NCBI GenBank assembly: GCA_964270895.1
Contig: OZ185437.1
Length of the DNA: 64,000 nucleotides
Direction: 5' to 3' (one strand)
From: Podarcis filfolensis
Taxonomy: Eukaryota
Positions 63,255 to 64,000 of the stretch are shown here, in pieces; within the stretch, counting starts at the first letter, position 1; each line of letters begins with the position of its first letter. The position numbers and the translations under genes were made by a program. A model generated the notes under the pieces. That model was not told the DNA's origin. It searched no databases and worked only from the letters and a program-made list of their open reading frames with translations.

Positions 63255-63977
63255 CCCCTACCTATATGTCTCCATTCCTTAGGAATACATTCAGGACTGG
63301 CCCAAGCTATTTTGCTGCCAGATGCTGATGTTTCACCCTGCTAGCAACAGCTATTTACCTCAGGTTCCTCAAAGAAGCCACCCCAGGCCTTCCAAAGCTT
63401 TGCCAAGCCTGTGGCAAAGACTTGGCCAGGTTATAATTGTGAGAGCCCTTTATAATCTATGGTTGGCTGCTGCTTCGTATGGTGCCACAGTTGCTGTCCA
63501 ATCTCTCTGGATTCTTGACAGTTATGGAGTGCCTGTCAAGCATCTTGCACTTCTTGATTTCTGTTTTGTTTGAAATACATGTTTCACAGCCCAGCAGTGT
63601 GAGCCTGAGGGCTCGGACAGCTGTCATGGTACAGTCATTCTAGCAGGACAGGAGGAGCTCATTGCTCATTGCACTATGCCTCCGAATCCCATTCCCTGAG
63701 ACAATACATTGTGACTAATGGTAGGGTAGGCAGAGATCTGGTTTTAGAGCAAAGGAGTGTGTTATTACCAGATTTGCTAGTGCACTACTGCACACATGTA
63801 TGCACGTCCTACAAGTGTTTGGTCCAAAAGTCTAATTTTGAGGAATTAGCAATACTGTTTTTGGGATCTTTACTGGAAACGGTTGTAAACAGACAGAATT
63901 TCAATGACTTTGATAACTTTGCTTAATTTAGGGGTTTGATGCAGACCGATCTTAGCTTCCTTGCGCCGGAGAGTAAT

Positions 63978-64000
63978 AAGGTAAAGGACCCCTGGATGGT
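63978..64000 (-). mobile_element. 3' end of a second Sauria-type SINE, cut by the window edge
   Basis: aaggtaaaggacccctgga resembles the reverse complement of the ggggtccctttaccttt tail at about 2492-2510; only 23 bp visible. Confidence 0.55.

Overview
Eukaryotic, intron-rich DNA from a squamate reptile. The Sauria-type and Squam3-like SINEs suggest a lacertid lizard, but that is inference. The window holds one protein-coding gene, RNGTT (mRNA capping enzyme), on the minus strand. Exons 1-11 were reconstructed by hand: ATG at 60505, 427 codons, all GT-AG introns with consistent phases. They include the triphosphatase P-loop [10 protein letters not shown] (Cys126) and guanylyltransferase motif I KADGTR (Lys298). 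Exon 12 onward was not found and presumably lies beyond coordinate 1. A CpG-island promoter lies at about 60.1-61.2 kb. The rest is intronic or upstream DNA filled with L1, L2, CR1, RTE and BovB LINE pieces, SINEs, Tc1/mariner-type and hAT-type MITEs, one solo LTR and microsatellites. Most supplied ORFs are spurious or transposon remnants. I found no convincing new biological system. The most notable items are a 2.15-kb TSD-flanked 'half-L1'-like element, an RTE insertion flanked by a 63-bp duplication, two nested insertions and a candidate overlapping uORF. All family names come from motif recall, not database searches.
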